From: Microbacteriaceae bacterium
Lineage (GTDB): Bacteria; Actinomycetota; Actinomycetes; Actinomycetales; Microbacteriaceae
Direction of reading: 5' to 3'
DNA length: 64,000 nucleotides
Assembly: GCA_003852775.1 (NCBI GenBank)
Contig: RDDZ01000129.1
Span: 2,857 to 66,856, forward strand
Shown here: positions 34,924 to 45,567 of the stretch, piece after piece
Position numbering within the stretch: position 1 is the stretch's first letter
How the letters are laid out: each line of letters starts with the position of its first letter
Notes under the pieces: model-generated
Told to the model about the DNA's origin: nothing
What the model saw: the letters and a program-made list of their open reading frames with translations, nothing else
Database searches by the model: none
Made by a program: the position numbers and the translations under genes

Positions 34924-35008
34924 CGGAGGGCGTGGGATTCGAACCCACGAGACATCACTGCCCACCGGTTTTCAAGACCGGCTCCTTCGGCCGCTCGGAC
35001 AGCCCTCC
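34924..35008 (-). tRNA. tRNA-Ser (anticodon UGA), CCA not encoded
   Basis: hand-folded: acceptor GGAGGGC/GCCCTCC, anticodon stem CCGGT/ACCGG with loop CTTGAAA, long variable arm, T arm GTGGG-TTCGAAT-CCCAC. Confidence 0.9.
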
Positions 35009-35023
35009 TCGGTTGACCGTGTC

Positions 35024-35060
35024 GAGTGTAGGGGAGATGGGGCCGCGCAGCCTGGAAATA
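35024..35060 (-). promoter_or_regulatory. duplicated promoter-like module (minus strand TATTTCCAGGC-N13-CTCCCCTACACTC) upstream of tRNA-Ser(UGA)
   Basis: same 37-nt module as 36348..36384; the TACACT -10-like hexamer lies 16 nt before the tRNA 5' end. Confidence 0.45.
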
Positions 35061-35102
35061 CCCCGAGCAGGGCCCGGGCGCGCCCCTGCAGTGGACGTCG
35101 GG

Positions 35103-36341
35103 TCAGCCGTTGCCGCGCGTGCAGGTCTGGTCGGCCGCGGTCTGCCCCCGCACGCCGGAGATCACGACCTTGTCGGGCAGCACCGGGGCGTCGCTCGGCG
35201 AGGCGCTCGGGTCGACCGGCTGCTGCGGCGCGTTCGGGTCGACCTCGGTGCTCGTGCCGTCGGCCGGCTTCTCGACGCCGATGGGCTGGTCGGCGCGGAT
35301 GGCGTCCATCAGCAGGGTGCCGCGGTTCTTGTCGGGCTGCACCTTGCCCGCGTAGATGCCCGTACCGCCGGTCGTGCCCGGGTACTGCACGAAGGTGATG
35401 CGGTCCATCGGGATGCGGCTGAGTGCCTTGGCCATCGCGACCATCGTGGCCGGCTGCGAGAGCTCGGTCGACAGGGTCATGTTGTCGCGTGCGACGTTCG
35501 CGAGGCTCAGCAGCTTGCCCACGTTGGTGAGCGTCTCCTCCGACTTGAGCTTGCGCAGCAGCGCCGAGAGGAACGCCTGCTGCGACGCGATGCGGCTGAG
35601 GTCGGAGCCGTCGCCGACGCCCTTGCGGGTGCGGAGGAACGCGAGCGCGTCCCAGCCCGAGAGGTAGTGGGTGCCCGCCTCGAGCTGGATGCCGGAGTCC
35701 TTGTCGTGGATGGCGCGCGTGAGGCACACCTGCACGCCGCCCACCGCGGTCGCGAGGTTCGCGACGCCGTCGAAGCCGATCATGCCCGCGTACTGGATGT
35801 CGAGGCCCGTGAAGTTCTCGATGACGTTGACGACGCACGGCAGGCCGCCGTAGTAGAGCGCGTTGTTGATCGGCAGGCCCGTGCCGATGCCCCAGGTCTT
35901 GCCGGTCTTGGGGTTCACGCAGCCGGGGAAGGGCACGACCATGTCGCGCGGGAAGCTCACCGCGACGGCGCTCGTCTGGTCGGCCGACACGTGCACGAGC
36001 ATGTTGACGTCGTTGAGCACGCTGTCGCGGTCGTGGTACTCGTCCGAGCCCACCACGAGGATGTTGAAGCCGCCCTCGTAGGCGCCGATCTCGGGGATGG
36101 GCGCGGCGCTGCCGTCGTTGATGTCGACGGCCTTGTCGCCCACATCCGACGTGAACTGGTAGATCGCGATGCCGGCGACGGCCGTGGTCGCGACGAGCAC
36201 GACCGACATGGCGGCGCCGAGGAAGGCGAGCACGGTGACCCAGGCGCGCGAGCGCGGCAGGCGCCCGTGGCGGGCGATCGACCCGGGCGAGGCGACGCGC
36301 GCGCGCCTCGAGCGATCGCGCTTCAGCTGCTCGTCCGACAT
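35103..36341 (-). CDS. LCP family protein, copy 2
   Basis: about four-fifths identical to copy 1 by eye. Confidence 0.85.
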   Translation of the reverse strand: MSDEQLKRDRSRRARVASPGSIARHGRLPRSRAWVTVLAFLGAAMSVVLVATTAVAGIAIYQFTSDVGDKAVDINDGSAAPIPEIGAYEGGFNILVVGSDEYHDRDSVLNDVNMLVHVSADQTSAVAVSFPRDMVVPFPGCVNPKTGKTWGIGTGLPINNALYYGGLPCVVNVIENFTGLDIQYAGMIGFDGVANLATAVGGVQVCLTRAIHDKDSGIQLEAGTHYLSGWDALAFLRTRKGVGDGSDLSRIASQQAFLSALLRKLKSEETLTNVGKLLSLANVARDNMTLSTELSQPATMVAMAKALSRIPMDRITFVQYPGTTGGTGIYAGKVQPDKNRGTLLMDAIRADQPIGVEKPADGTSTEVDPNAPQQPVDPSASPSDAPVLPDKVVISGVRGQTAADQTCTRGNG

Positions 36342-36347
36342 CGCACT

Positions 36348-36384
36348 GAGTGTAGGGGAGGCCGGGGGCCTAAGCCTGGAAATA
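36348..36384 (-). promoter_or_regulatory. promoter-like module overlapping the HAD gene 3' end; TACACT lies 7 nt before the LCP ATG, suggesting a leaderless transcript
   Basis: read directly; no SD sequence between the module and the ATG. Confidence 0.45.
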
Positions 36385-37194
36385 GCGTGCGAGAGCGGTT
36401 GCGACTCCCTGCTCGTGGTCGGTGCCCGTGACGTCCGTCGAGACGGCGCGCACCTCGTCCGGAGCCTGCCCCATCGCGACGGCGACGCCGCCGCCGGACG
36501 CCGCCCACTCGAACATGTCGATGTCGTTGCGGCCGTCGCCGATCACCATGACGTGCTCGCGCGCGATGCCGAGCTGCTGCCGCACGTACTCCATGCCGGT
36601 GCCCTTGTTGACGCCGTCGGGGGCGATGTCGAGCCACGCCGTCCAGCCGACGTAGTAGCTCACCTTGTGCAGGCCCATCCGCTCGACGACGGCGAGGAAG
36701 TCCTCGACGGCGTGGTCGGGCGAGAGCACGACGACGCGCGTGGCGGGGGCGTCGAGGAGGTCCTCGAACTCCACCTGGAGACGCCCCGCCGCGAGCGCGC
36801 CCTCGGGGAACTGGCCCGTGAAGCGGAAGAGGCCCTCCTCGTCCTCGACGGCGTAGCTCGCCCCCTCGAGGTGCTCGTGGATCGTCGTGAGCACCTGCCG
36901 CGGGTCGAAGGTCTCGACGCGGTCGCGCACCCAGCCGACGGGCGCCTCCTTGTCGCGGCGCATCACGATCGCGCCGTTGGCGCACACCGCGTACGACGGC
37001 GCGATGCCGAGGCGGTCGATGACGGGCATGGTCATCGACACGGAGCGCCCGGTCGACGGCATGACCTCGTGCCCGAGGTCGCGCACGCGGCGGATCTCGG
37101 AGGCGACCCGCGAGTGCAGCCGACCGTCCTCCGTGAGCACGGTCCCGTCGATGTCGAGGCCGATGAGCCAGCGGTCCTCCGGCGCGAGCGTCAC
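36370..37194 (-). CDS. Cof-type HAD-IIB phosphatase
   Basis: DIDGT motif I and GDGRNDIDM motif; GTGA overlap with the serS stop. Confidence 0.85.
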   Translation of the reverse strand: MTLAPEDRWLIGLDIDGTVLTEDGRLHSRVASEIRRVRDLGHEVMPSTGRSVSMTMPVIDRLGIAPSYAVCANGAIVMRRDKEAPVGWVRDRVETFDPRQVLTTIHEHLEGASYAVEDEEGLFRFTGQFPEGALAAGRLQVEFEDLLDAPATRVVVLSPDHAVEDFLAVVERMGLHKVSYYVGWTAWLDIAPDGVNKGTGMEYVRQQLGIAREHVMVIGDGRNDIDMFEWAASGGGVAVAMGQAPDEVRAVSTDVTGTDHEQGVATALARYFQA

Positions 37195-38453
37195 TTCACG
37201 GGCTCCAGCACGTCGAGGCCGAGGAACGGTCGCAGCGGCTCCGGCACGACCACCGAGCCGTCGGCCTGCTGGTGCGTCTCGAGCAGCGCGACGATCCAGC
37301 GGGTCGTGGCGAGCGTGCCGTTGAGCGTCGCGACGGGCGAGGTCTTGCCATCCTCGCCGCGGTGGCGGATGTCGAGGCGACGCGCCTGGAAGGTCGTGCA
37401 GTTGCTCGTCGAGGTGAGCTCGCGGTACGTGCCCTGCGTGGGCACCCACGCCTCGACGTCGAACTTGCGCGCGGCGCTCGTGCCGAGGTCGCCCGCGGCG
37501 GTGTCGATCACGCGGTAGGAGAGGCCGAGGCTCTGGAGCATGCCCTCTTGCATCGCGAGCAGCTTCTCGTGCTCGGCCTCGGCATCCGCCGGGTCGATGT
37601 AGCTGAACATCTCGAGCTTCTGGAACTGGTGCACGCGGATGATGCCGCGGGTGTCCTTGCCGCCCGACCCGGCCTCGCGGCGGTAGCACGTCGACCAGCC
37701 GGCGTAGCGGAGCGGGCCGCCCGAGAGGTCGAGGATCTCGTCCTTGTGGTAGCCGGCGAGGGCAACCTCGCTCGTGCCCGTCAGGTAGAGCTCGTCGCGC
37801 TCGAGGTAGTAGATCTCGTCGGCGTGGGCGCCGAGGAAGCCCGTGCCGGCCATGATGTCGGGGCGCACGAGCGTCGGGGTGATGAGGGGCGTGAAGCCGG
37901 CCTCGAGGGCGCGCTGCAGGCCGAGCTGCATGAGCGCGAGCTCGAGGCGCGCGCCGACCCCCTTGAGGAAGTAGAACCGGGCGCCCGACACCTTCGCGCC
38001 GCGCTCCATGTCGATCGCGTCGAGGAGCTCGCCGAGGGCGAGGTGGTCGCGCGGCTCGAAGTCGAACTCGGGGCGGCCGCCGACCTCGCGCAGCGTGACG
38101 AAGTCGTCCTCGCCGCCCGCGGGCACGCCGTCGATGACGATGTTGGGGATCGAGCCGACGACCTCGAGGAAGCGGGCCTCGGCATCCGAGGCGGCCGCCT
38201 GCGCGGCCTTCACCCGGGCCGCGAGGTCCTGGGCCTGCGCGACGAGCGCGGCCTTCTCCTCCTTGGGCGCCTGCGCGACCTGCTTGCCGAACACGTTCTG
38301 CTCGGCGCGCAGCGACTCGAACGCGGCGATGGCCTGGCGGCGGGCCGCGTCGGCCTCGATCGCCTCGTCGACGAGCTCCACGGATGCGCCGCGGCGCTCC
38401 TGAGAGGCACGCACGACATCCGGGTTCTCACGCAGCAGCACGGGGTCGATCAC
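37191..38453 (-). CDS. serS: seryl-tRNA synthetase
   Basis: 420 aa; N-terminal coiled-coil arm and class II core ([31 protein letters not shown]). Confidence 0.95.
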   Translation of the reverse strand: MIDPVLLRENPDVVRASQERRGASVELVDEAIEADAARRQAIAAFESLRAEQNVFGKQVAQAPKEEKAALVAQAQDLAARVKAAQAAASDAEARFLEVVGSIPNIVIDGVPAGGEDDFVTLREVGGRPEFDFEPRDHLALGELLDAIDMERGAKVSGARFYFLKGVGARLELALMQLGLQRALEAGFTPLITPTLVRPDIMAGTGFLGAHADEIYYLERDELYLTGTSEVALAGYHKDEILDLSGGPLRYAGWSTCYRREAGSGGKDTRGIIRVHQFQKLEMFSYIDPADAEAEHEKLLAMQEGMLQSLGLSYRVIDTAAGDLGTSAARKFDVEAWVPTQGTYRELTSTSNCTTFQARRLDIRHRGEDGKTSPVATLNGTLATTRWIVALLETHQQADGSVVVPEPLRPFLGLDVLEPVK

Positions 38454-38488
38454 GTCTCAAGTCTAGGAGCCTGTCGGCGCGGCCCCTC

Positions 38489-39505
38489 ATGGCCTACCGT
38501 GAGAGCATGACGCCCCCGGACGCCGCGACGCCTCGTCGGGCTGCCGTCATCTACAACCCCATCAAGATCGACGTCGACCGCCTGCGCGACATCGTGGCGG
38601 CCGCCGAGAGCGCCACCGGCTGGGCGAAGAGCCTCTGGATAGAGACGAGCGAAGAGGACCCGGGCGTCGGCCAGGCCCGGCGCGCGCTCGCTGAGGGGGC
38701 ATCCGTGGTCATGGCCGCGGGCGGCGACGGCACCGTGCGGGCCGTGGCCGAGGGGCTGCAGAACTCCGGCGTGCCCCTCGCGCTGCTGCCCTCGGGCACG
38801 GGCAACCTGCTCGCCCGCAACCTCGGACTCGACGTCAACGCCAATCACGTCGACCAGCTCGTCGAGCTCGCGTTCACCGGCGTCGACCAGGCGATCGACG
38901 TCGGCGTCGTCGAGATCGATCGCCCCGACGGCAGCGTCGAGACGCACTCCTTCGTCGTCATGGCGGGCCTCGGGCTCGACGCGAAGATGATCGCCAACAC
39001 GAACCCCGAGCTGAAGAAGAAGGTCGGCTGGCTCGCCTACGTCGACGCCATCGGCCGCTCCCTCGTCGACAAGCACGTGCTGCGCCTGCGCTACCGGCTC
39101 GACGGCGGCGAGGAGCGCTTCACGCGCGTGCACACGATCCTCATCGGCAACTGCGGCGCGCTTCCCGGCAACATCCTGCTGCTGCCCGACGCGGAGATCG
39201 ACGACGGCCTGCTCGACATCGTGACCCTGCGGCCCGAGGGTCTCACCGGGTGGGCGCGCGTGTGGGTCGGCATCGTGTGGGAGAACGGGGTGCTGCGCCG
39301 CAGCACGATCGGCCGCAAGCTGCTCGACATGCGCTCGAAGCCCGTCCGCGCGCTGCGCTACCTGCGCGGCCGTCGCATCGAGGGCCGACTCGACCGACCC
39401 GAGGAGTTCGAGCTCGACGGCGACGAGTGCGGCGTCATCACGGGGTTCCGCGCCCGCGTGGACCCGGCGGCGCTGCTCGTGAGGATGCCGCGCGACACCG
39501 CGTGA
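38489..39505 (+). CDS. diacylglycerol/lipid kinase family protein
   Basis: GGDGT motif and LPSGTGNLLARNL; start is either 38489 or 38507. Confidence 0.85.
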   Translation: MAYRESMTPPDAATPRRAAVIYNPIKIDVDRLRDIVAAAESATGWAKSLWIETSEEDPGVGQARRALAEGASVVMAAGGDGTVRAVAEGLQNSGVPLALLPSGTGNLLARNLGLDVNANHVDQLVELAFTGVDQAIDVGVVEIDRPDGSVETHSFVVMAGLGLDAKMIANTNPELKKKVGWLAYVDAIGRSLVDKHVLRLRYRLDGGEERFTRVHTILIGNCGALPGNILLLPDAEIDDGLLDIVTLRPEGLTGWARVWVGIVWENGVLRRSTIGRKLLDMRSKPVRALRYLRGRRIEGRLDRPEEFELDGDECGVITGFRARVDPAALLVRMPRDTA

Positions 39506-39511
39506 TCACGG

Positions 39512-39608
39512 GGGCTGGTTTCGACACGCCCGCTTCGCGGGCTACTCAACCAGCGAGTGATGCCGCTGGTTGAGTAGCGGCCGGCAGGCCGCGTGTCGAA
39601 ACCAGCCC
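39512..39608. repeat. 97-nt nested palindrome: an 18-bp outer stem enclosing three hairpins (4, 15 and 4 bp); bidirectional terminator or REP-like element
   Basis: GGGCTGGTTTCGACACGC ... GCGTGTCGAAACCAGCCC with inner GCTACTCAACCAGCG/CGCTGGTTGAGTAGC; lies between convergent genes. Confidence 0.7.
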
Positions 39609-39617
39609 GCGCTCGAC

Positions 39618-40565
39618 TCAGTCGACCGGCGCCCCGCTCAGGATGTCCCGCAGCCAGTCGCGCGCGTCGATGAACACCTGGTCGTCGTAACGGCTGTCGT
39701 GCACGACGCGCACCCTGTCGGCGCGCGGGTACGAGCCGAGGAACTGCACGTTGGGGCTGAACCGCTTGAGGCCGAGCAGCGCGTCCGCGACGCGCTCGTC
39801 GAGCACGTGCCCGTCGAGGTCGACGATGAAGCGGTAGCGGCCGAGGGCGTCGCCGATGGGACGCGACTCGAGCAGGCTCAGGTTCACACCGCGCGTCGAG
39901 AACTGCTCGAGCATCTCGACGAGGCCGCCGGGGCGGTCGTTCGGCAGCTCGACGATCACGCTCGTCTTGTCGGCTCCGGTGCGGGGCGGGATGGCGAGCG
40001 AACGCGACACGAGCACGAAGCGCGTGACCGCCTCCGGGTTGTCGGCGATGTCCTCGGCGAGCACCTCGAGCGGCAGGTGCTGGGTGATCCCGGGCGGGGC
40101 GATCGCGGCATCCGCGGCGTCGCTCTCGAGGAGCGCCTGCGGCGCGGCGACGTTGGAGGTCGCGGGGATGTGGCCGTGCGTCGGCAGGGTGGCGTCGAGC
40201 CACAGGTGGCACTGCGCGTACGCGACGGGGTGGGCGTTGATGACCCTGACGTCCTCGAGGCGCGTGCCGGGGCGGCCGACGAGCTGGAAGTTCACGGGCA
40301 CGAGGTACTCGCCGATGATGCGCAGGCCCGGGATGTTGGCGAGCGCGTCCTGGGTGGCCGAGACGCCCCCCTCGACCGAGTTCTCGATCGCGATCATCGC
40401 GGCGACGCTGCGCCCCTCGACGACGTCGTCGAGCGCCTCGCCCACGTTGTTGACCGGCCGCCACTCCTGCCCCTGCGCCTCCGGCACCTGCGTGAGGGCC
40501 GCCCACGTGAAGGTGCCCGCCGGCCCGAGGTAGCTGTACCGCGCGGGGGTCGTCGGCTCGCTCAT
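39618..40565 (-). CDS. pheA: prephenate dehydratase
   Basis: PDT domain followed by an ACT domain containing the ESRP motif. Confidence 0.9.
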   Translation of the reverse strand: MSEPTTPARYSYLGPAGTFTWAALTQVPEAQGQEWRPVNNVGEALDDVVEGRSVAAMIAIENSVEGGVSATQDALANIPGLRIIGEYLVPVNFQLVGRPGTRLEDVRVINAHPVAYAQCHLWLDATLPTHGHIPATSNVAAPQALLESDAADAAIAPPGITQHLPLEVLAEDIADNPEAVTRFVLVSRSLAIPPRTGADKTSVIVELPNDRPGGLVEMLEQFSTRGVNLSLLESRPIGDALGRYRFIVDLDGHVLDERVADALLGLKRFSPNVQFLGSYPRADRVRVVHDSRYDDQVFIDARDWLRDILSGAPVD

Positions 40566-40587
40566 GCCTGCGAGCCTATCGGCGCGC

Positions 40588-41844
40588 TCAGCCGCTCGTC
40601 GCGACGCGCGCACGCGCAGCGGAGCGGCCGTGCACGATCGTGTACCCGACCGCGCCGAGCACGGCGACACCCGCGAGCACCGCGTAGAGGCCCGGGTAGC
40701 CGATCGACCCCGCGAGCGCGCCGTCGACGACGGGCCCCACGCCGATCCCGATGTCGGCCGCCAGGAAGAACGTCGACGTCGCGAGAGCGACGCGCTGCGG
40801 GCCGGCGAGCCCGACCGCGATCGCCTGGACCGTCGGCATCATCGCGCCGAAGCCGAACGCGACGAGCACGGCCGAGACGTACGGGATCCATCCGTCGATC
40901 CCGACGGCGAGGATGCCCGTACCCGCGGCGAGGCAGCCGAAGAGCGGGTAGACGACGGCGTTGTCGCCGAAGCGGTCCTGGAGGCGGCCGACGAAGAGCC
41001 GCGCGACGAACACGACGGCCGCGTACAGCGCGAAGTAGGTGCCGCCGACCGCGACGCCTGTCTCGGCCACGGAGTAGGGGTTCACGAAGCTCAGCACTCC
41101 GGAGAAGGCGACGCCCGCCGCGATCATGAGGGACGCCACCGGGAACGAGCGCCGATCGATGAACGTCCACAGGCCCCAGCTCCGCAGCGCCGCGCGCTCG
41201 GTCTCGTCGAGCTCGCGCTCGGGCAGCCGCAGCGCGAGGGCGGCGGCCAGCCCGAGGACAGCCCATCCGGCCGTCGCGATGAAGAGGGCCGGATACCCGA
41301 GCTCGGACACGAGGATCGTGCCGAGGAACGGCCCCGCGGCGGACCCCATGGTCGTCGAGACTCCGTAGTACCCCACGCCCTCCGCGCGCCGCGCGGCGGG
41401 GATGAGCGAGAACGCGCCGGCGCTCACCGCGTTGCTCGAGGCGCCGAAAGCCACCCCCATGAGGCCCTGGAGCAGCACGACGGCCCACAGCTCGCCGACG
41501 GCGAGCTGTGCGAGAGCGAGCAGGACGCACACGGCGAGGCACACGAGGAGCGTGCGTCTCCTGCCGATGACGTCGAGGAACTTCCCACCGATGAGCCGCG
41601 CGAGGATCGAGCCGACCACGAACGCGCCCGCGACGATCCCCGCGACGAGCTCGTCGTTGCGGAACACCTCGAGGGCGTAGAGCGCCATCGTCGTGACGAG
41701 AAGGTAGAAGATCGCCGCGATGCAGAAGTTCACGCCGATCGCGAGCAGGAAGCGCCCGTTGACGAGGGGATCCCGGCGCGGACCCTCGGGCCCGCGCCGG
41801 GACGACTCAGCCACGGTGGAGAGGAGCGGAGCCCGTCGTGTCAC
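40588..41844 (-). CDS. MFS transporter
   Basis: 418 aa, 12 TMS pattern; the annotated start overlaps the dioxygenase 3' end by 38 nt, so the true start may be internal. Confidence 0.75.
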   Translation of the reverse strand: MTRRAPLLSTVAESSRRGPEGPRRDPLVNGRFLLAIGVNFCIAAIFYLLVTTMALYALEVFRNDELVAGIVAGAFVVGSILARLIGGKFLDVIGRRRTLLVCLAVCVLLALAQLAVGELWAVVLLQGLMGVAFGASSNAVSAGAFSLIPAARRAEGVGYYGVSTTMGSAAGPFLGTILVSELGYPALFIATAGWAVLGLAAALALRLPERELDETERAALRSWGLWTFIDRRSFPVASLMIAAGVAFSGVLSFVNPYSVAETGVAVGGTYFALYAAVVFVARLFVGRLQDRFGDNAVVYPLFGCLAAGTGILAVGIDGWIPYVSAVLVAFGFGAMMPTVQAIAVGLAGPQRVALATSTFFLAADIGIGVGPVVDGALAGSIGYPGLYAVLAGVAVLGAVGYTIVHGRSAARARVATSG

Positions 41845-42814
41845 GGCCGCGGCTGCCCGGGCGCGTGTCGATCGGGTCGCCGTACCAGGTCATGCCCTCG
41901 GGCATGTCCTCCTTCCGCCACTCGACGGCCTCCCAGTCGTTGTCGAAGATCTGGTAGCCGCCCGCGTAGAGCTCGACGCGGTGGTCCGAGCCGGGGTCGT
42001 GCACGTAGAGGTACATGGCCTGGCCGATGCCGTGCTTGCCGGGGCCCACGCCGTACGACACGTCGTGGTCGCGCAGGATGTCGGCCGCCGTGAGGACGTC
42101 CGAGAAGTTCTCGAGGTTGAATGCGACGTGGTGCATCTGCGCCGTCTTCTCCTGCATGTTGGCCACGATCGCGATGTCGTGCATCTGCGACGTGACCGAC
42201 ATCCACGACGCGAGGATCGTCGTCGTGTCGGGGATGTAGGCGAACTCGCGGCGACGGAAACCGAGCGCGTTCGACAGCCACGCCTCGGCCTTGTTGATGT
42301 TGCCGGGGCTCGTCTGCACGTTGAAGTGGTCGATGCGGCGGAGTCCGAGTCCGCGCCGCTTGGAGGAGTTGGTGGGGAGCTTGGACCGCAGCTCCTCGTG
42401 CGGCGTCTGGGTCTTCTCCATGTCGTGGTACAGCTCGATCGGGTGACCGCCCCAGGGCATGAGGAAGCGGATCGCCGTGCCGCGACCGAGCTCGGCACCC
42501 GCCGGGACCTCGAGCACCTCGATCTCCTGCTCGAGCAGTTCGTTGTAGAACAGCTCGACGTCCTGCGGCCGCTGCACACGGAAGCTCAGGGAGTTGACCA
42601 CCGCGTCGGCCTGCTCGCGCAGCACGAGCGAGTGGTGGTGCAGCTCCTGGTAGCCGCGCAGGTAGGCCGTGCCGGGCTCCTCGGCCACGACCTCCATCCC
42701 GAGGATGTCGCGGAAGAACTTCAGCGAGGCCTGCAGATCCTTGGTCCCGAGGTCGATCGAGCCGGTCTTCGCGATGCGAGGGCCCGGGTCGTAGCGGTCA
42801 GCGTGGATGGACAT
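41807..42814 (-). CDS. type I (vicinal-oxygen-chelate) extradiol ring-cleavage dioxygenase
   Basis: 335 aa, two VOC modules, catechol-2,3-dioxygenase-like blocks (HHVAF, GPGKHGIGQ). Confidence 0.8.
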   Translation of the reverse strand: MSIHADRYDPGPRIAKTGSIDLGTKDLQASLKFFRDILGMEVVAEEPGTAYLRGYQELHHHSLVLREQADAVVNSLSFRVQRPQDVELFYNELLEQEIEVLEVPAGAELGRGTAIRFLMPWGGHPIELYHDMEKTQTPHEELRSKLPTNSSKRRGLGLRRIDHFNVQTSPGNINKAEAWLSNALGFRRREFAYIPDTTTILASWMSVTSQMHDIAIVANMQEKTAQMHHVAFNLENFSDVLTAADILRDHDVSYGVGPGKHGIGQAMYLYVHDPGSDHRVELYAGGYQIFDNDWEAVEWRKEDMPEGMTWYGDPIDTRPGSRGRDTTGSAPLHRG

Positions 42815-42842
42815 CGTCGTCTCCTTGTTCCGTGGTTCGTGT

Positions 42843-43862
42843 TCAGTCGTTGCGCGCTGCGATCAGGTCGAGCGCGACGTCGGCGAGCATGTCCTCCTGG
42901 CCGCCGATGAGCTTCCGGCGCCCGACCTCGACGAGCAGGGTGCGCGCGTCGATGCCGTACTCGCCGGCGATCCGCTCCGCGTGCCGCAGGAAGCTCGAGT
43001 AGACGCCCGCGTAGCCGACCGTGAGGGTCTCCCGGTCCACCTGGACGGGCCGGTCCTGCAGCGGGCGGACGAGGTCGTCGGCCGCGTCCTGCAGGGCGAA
43101 CACGTCGGCGGGCACGTCGTAGCCCTCCAGCTGGGCGACGGCGACGAAGGCCTCGATCGGGGTGTTGCCGGCGCCGGCGCCGAGGCCCGCGAGCGAGGCG
43201 TCGACGCGATACGCGCCCTCCTCGACCGCGGCGATCGAGTTCGCGACCGAGAGCGACAGGTTCTGGTGCGCGTGGACGCCGATCTGGGTGCCCTCGTCGA
43301 GCACGTCGCGGTAGGCGCGGATGCGGTCGCGGATGCCGCCCATCGTGAGCCGCCCGGCGGAGTCGGTCACGTAGACGCAGTGCGCGCCGTAGGACTCCAT
43401 GAGCTTCGCCTGCTGGGCGAGCTCGGAGGGTCCGATCAGGTGGGACATCATGAGGAAGCCCGAGACGTCCATCCCCCACTCGCGCGCGGTGGCGATGTGC
43501 TGTGCGGCGACGTCGGCCTCGGTGCAGTGGGTCGCGACGCGCACCGAGCGCACACCGTGGTCGAACGCGGCCCGCAGGTCCTCGATCACGCCGACCCCCG
43601 GCAGGAGGAGCGTCGTGAGCACCGCGTTCTCGATCACCTCGGCGGCCGCGTCGATCCACTCGAGGTCCGAGTGCGATCCCGGGCCGTAGGTGAGGCTGGA
43701 GCCTCCGAGCCCGTCGCCGTGGGTCACCTCGATGGCGTCGATCCCGGCGCGGTCGAGGGCGCGCACGACGTCGCGGACGGTGTCGAGCGAGGCCTGGTGG
43801 CGGAGGGCGTGCATGCCGTCACGGAGGGTGACGTCCTGCACGTAGATGCGGTTGCCGGTCAT
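42843..43862 (-). CDS. mhpE: 4-hydroxy-2-oxovalerate aldolase
   Basis: [10 protein letters not shown]; DmpG-type C-terminal communication domain; ATGA coupling. Confidence 0.9.
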   Translation of the reverse strand: MTGNRIYVQDVTLRDGMHALRHQASLDTVRDVVRALDRAGIDAIEVTHGDGLGGSSLTYGPGSHSDLEWIDAAAEVIENAVLTTLLLPGVGVIEDLRAAFDHGVRSVRVATHCTEADVAAQHIATAREWGMDVSGFLMMSHLIGPSELAQQAKLMESYGAHCVYVTDSAGRLTMGGIRDRIRAYRDVLDEGTQIGVHAHQNLSLSVANSIAAVEEGAYRVDASLAGLGAGAGNTPIEAFVAVAQLEGYDVPADVFALQDAADDLVRPLQDRPVQVDRETLTVGYAGVYSSFLRHAERIAGEYGIDARTLLVEVGRRKLIGGQEDMLADVALDLIAARND

Positions 43863-44791
43863 GCGCGTGCTCCCTGGGCGAGTTCCTCGGCCACGCGGAG
43901 CGCGGCGGAGGTCATGATGTCGAGGTTTCCGGCGTAGGCCGGCAGGTACATCGCGGCTCCCTCGACCTCGAGGAAGACCGTGGTCTTCGTGTAGGCCTCG
44001 AGTCGCTCGGACGCGGGCACGACCGGGTCGACCTCGGGGCCGACGTCCGCGAACTGCACCGTGTGCTTCAGTCGGTAGCCCGGCACGTAGGCAGCCACGT
44101 CCGCGACCATCTGCGTCACGGAGGCGGCGACCGCCTGGCGCTGTGCCTCGTCGAGCCGCGCGGTGAGCGTCAGAACGGTGTCGCGCATGATCATGGGCGG
44201 GTCGGCGGGGTTGAGGATGATGATCGCCTTGCCGCGCGCGGCACCCCCGACCGTCTCGATCGCGTGCGCCGTCGTCTCGGTGAACTCGTCGATGTTGGCG
44301 CGCGTGCCAGGGCCGGCGGAGCGGGACGCGACGGATGCGACGATCTCGCCGTACACGACGGGCACGACCCGGCTGACGGCGGCGACCATCGGGATCGTGG
44401 CCTGACCGCCGCACGTGACCATGTTGACGTTCTCGGCGTCGAGGTGCTGCCCGAGGTTGACGGGAGGCACGATGAACGGGCCGAGCGCCGCGGGTGTCAG
44501 GTCGACGAGGCGCTTGCCGTACGGCTTGAGCTTCTCGGCGTTCGCGATGTGCGCCCTGGCCGAGGTCGCGTCGAAGACGATGTCGACCTCGTCGAAGTGC
44601 TCCCACGCGATGAGGCCCTCGACGCCGTCGGCCGTGGTGGCGAAGCCGAGACGCGCCGCGCGCGCGAGGCCGTCCGATTCGGGGTCGATGCCGACCATGA
44701 TGCCCATCTCGAGCACCGACGACAGCCTGTGCACCTTGAACATCAGGTCGGTCCCGATGTTGCCCGATCCGATGATCGCGACCTTGCTCAT
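43859..44791 (-). CDS. mhpF: acetaldehyde dehydrogenase (acetylating)
   Basis: [13 protein letters not shown]; catalytic-Cys region [10 protein letters not shown]. Confidence 0.9.
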   Translation of the reverse strand: MSKVAIIGSGNIGTDLMFKVHRLSSVLEMGIMVGIDPESDGLARAARLGFATTADGVEGLIAWEHFDEVDIVFDATSARAHIANAEKLKPYGKRLVDLTPAALGPFIVPPVNLGQHLDAENVNMVTCGGQATIPMVAAVSRVVPVVYGEIVASVASRSAGPGTRANIDEFTETTAHAIETVGGAARGKAIIILNPADPPMIMRDTVLTLTARLDEAQRQAVAASVTQMVADVAAYVPGYRLKHTVQFADVGPEVDPVVPASERLEAYTKTTVFLEVEGAAMYLPAYAGNLDIMTSAALRVAEELAQGARA

Positions 44792-45567
44792 GATTCCCCT
44801 CCTGCGAACGCCGTGACGCGGCCGAGCCCTTCGACCTCCGCCACGATCGACATGCCCGGCCGCAGCGCGACCATGGGCCCGAGCGCGCCCGAGAGCACGA
44901 CCTCCCCCGCACGCAGCGGTCGGCCCTGCTCGGCGGCGACGCGCGCCACCCACACGAGCGCCTCGACGGGGTCGCCGAGGCAGTCCGACCCGCGGCCTGT
45001 CGAGACGACCTCACCATCGATCGCCATGCTCATGACGACGTCGCGCAGGTCGACGCGCCGCGGGTCGACGGTGCCCTCACCCAGCACGTACATGCCGCTC
45101 GAGGCGTTGTCGGCGACGGTGTCGAACAGACCGATGCGCCAGTCCTGGATGCGTGAGTCGACGATCTCGAGTGCAGGCGTCGCGTACTCGACCGCGCGCA
45201 GCACCGACTCGCGGTCGACCTCGTCGACGTCGGTGTCGAGCACGAAGGCGATCTCGGCCTCGACCTTGGGTTGGATGAGGCGGCGCATGTCGATCTGCCC
45301 GCCGTCGTGGATCTCCATGTCGGCGAGCAGGATGCCGAAGTCCGGCTGGTCGACGCCGAGCTGACGGCGGACCGCCTCCGAGGTGAGCCCGACCTTGTGC
45401 CCGACGAGCGGGTTGTCGGCCGTCTCGCGCTCGGACATGTGCAACGCCTGCACCTGGTAGGCCTCCTCGAGACTGTGCAGGCTGGACGCGATGGGCGCGA
45501 TGGGGACGCGGGTCTCGAGCGCCTCGGTGAGGGCGCGGGCCGCGGCCCGGATACGGTCGTCGCTCAT
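44788..45567 (-). CDS. mhpD: 2-keto-4-pentenoate hydratase
   Basis: FAH-fold hydratase blocks ([16 protein letters not shown]). Confidence 0.85.
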   Translation of the reverse strand: MSDDRIRAAARALTEALETRVPIAPIASSLHSLEEAYQVQALHMSERETADNPLVGHKVGLTSEAVRRQLGVDQPDFGILLADMEIHDGGQIDMRRLIQPKVEAEIAFVLDTDVDEVDRESVLRAVEYATPALEIVDSRIQDWRIGLFDTVADNASSGMYVLGEGTVDPRRVDLRDVVMSMAIDGEVVSTGRGSDCLGDPVEALVWVARVAAEQGRPLRAGEVVLSGALGPMVALRPGMSIVAEVEGLGRVTAFAGGES

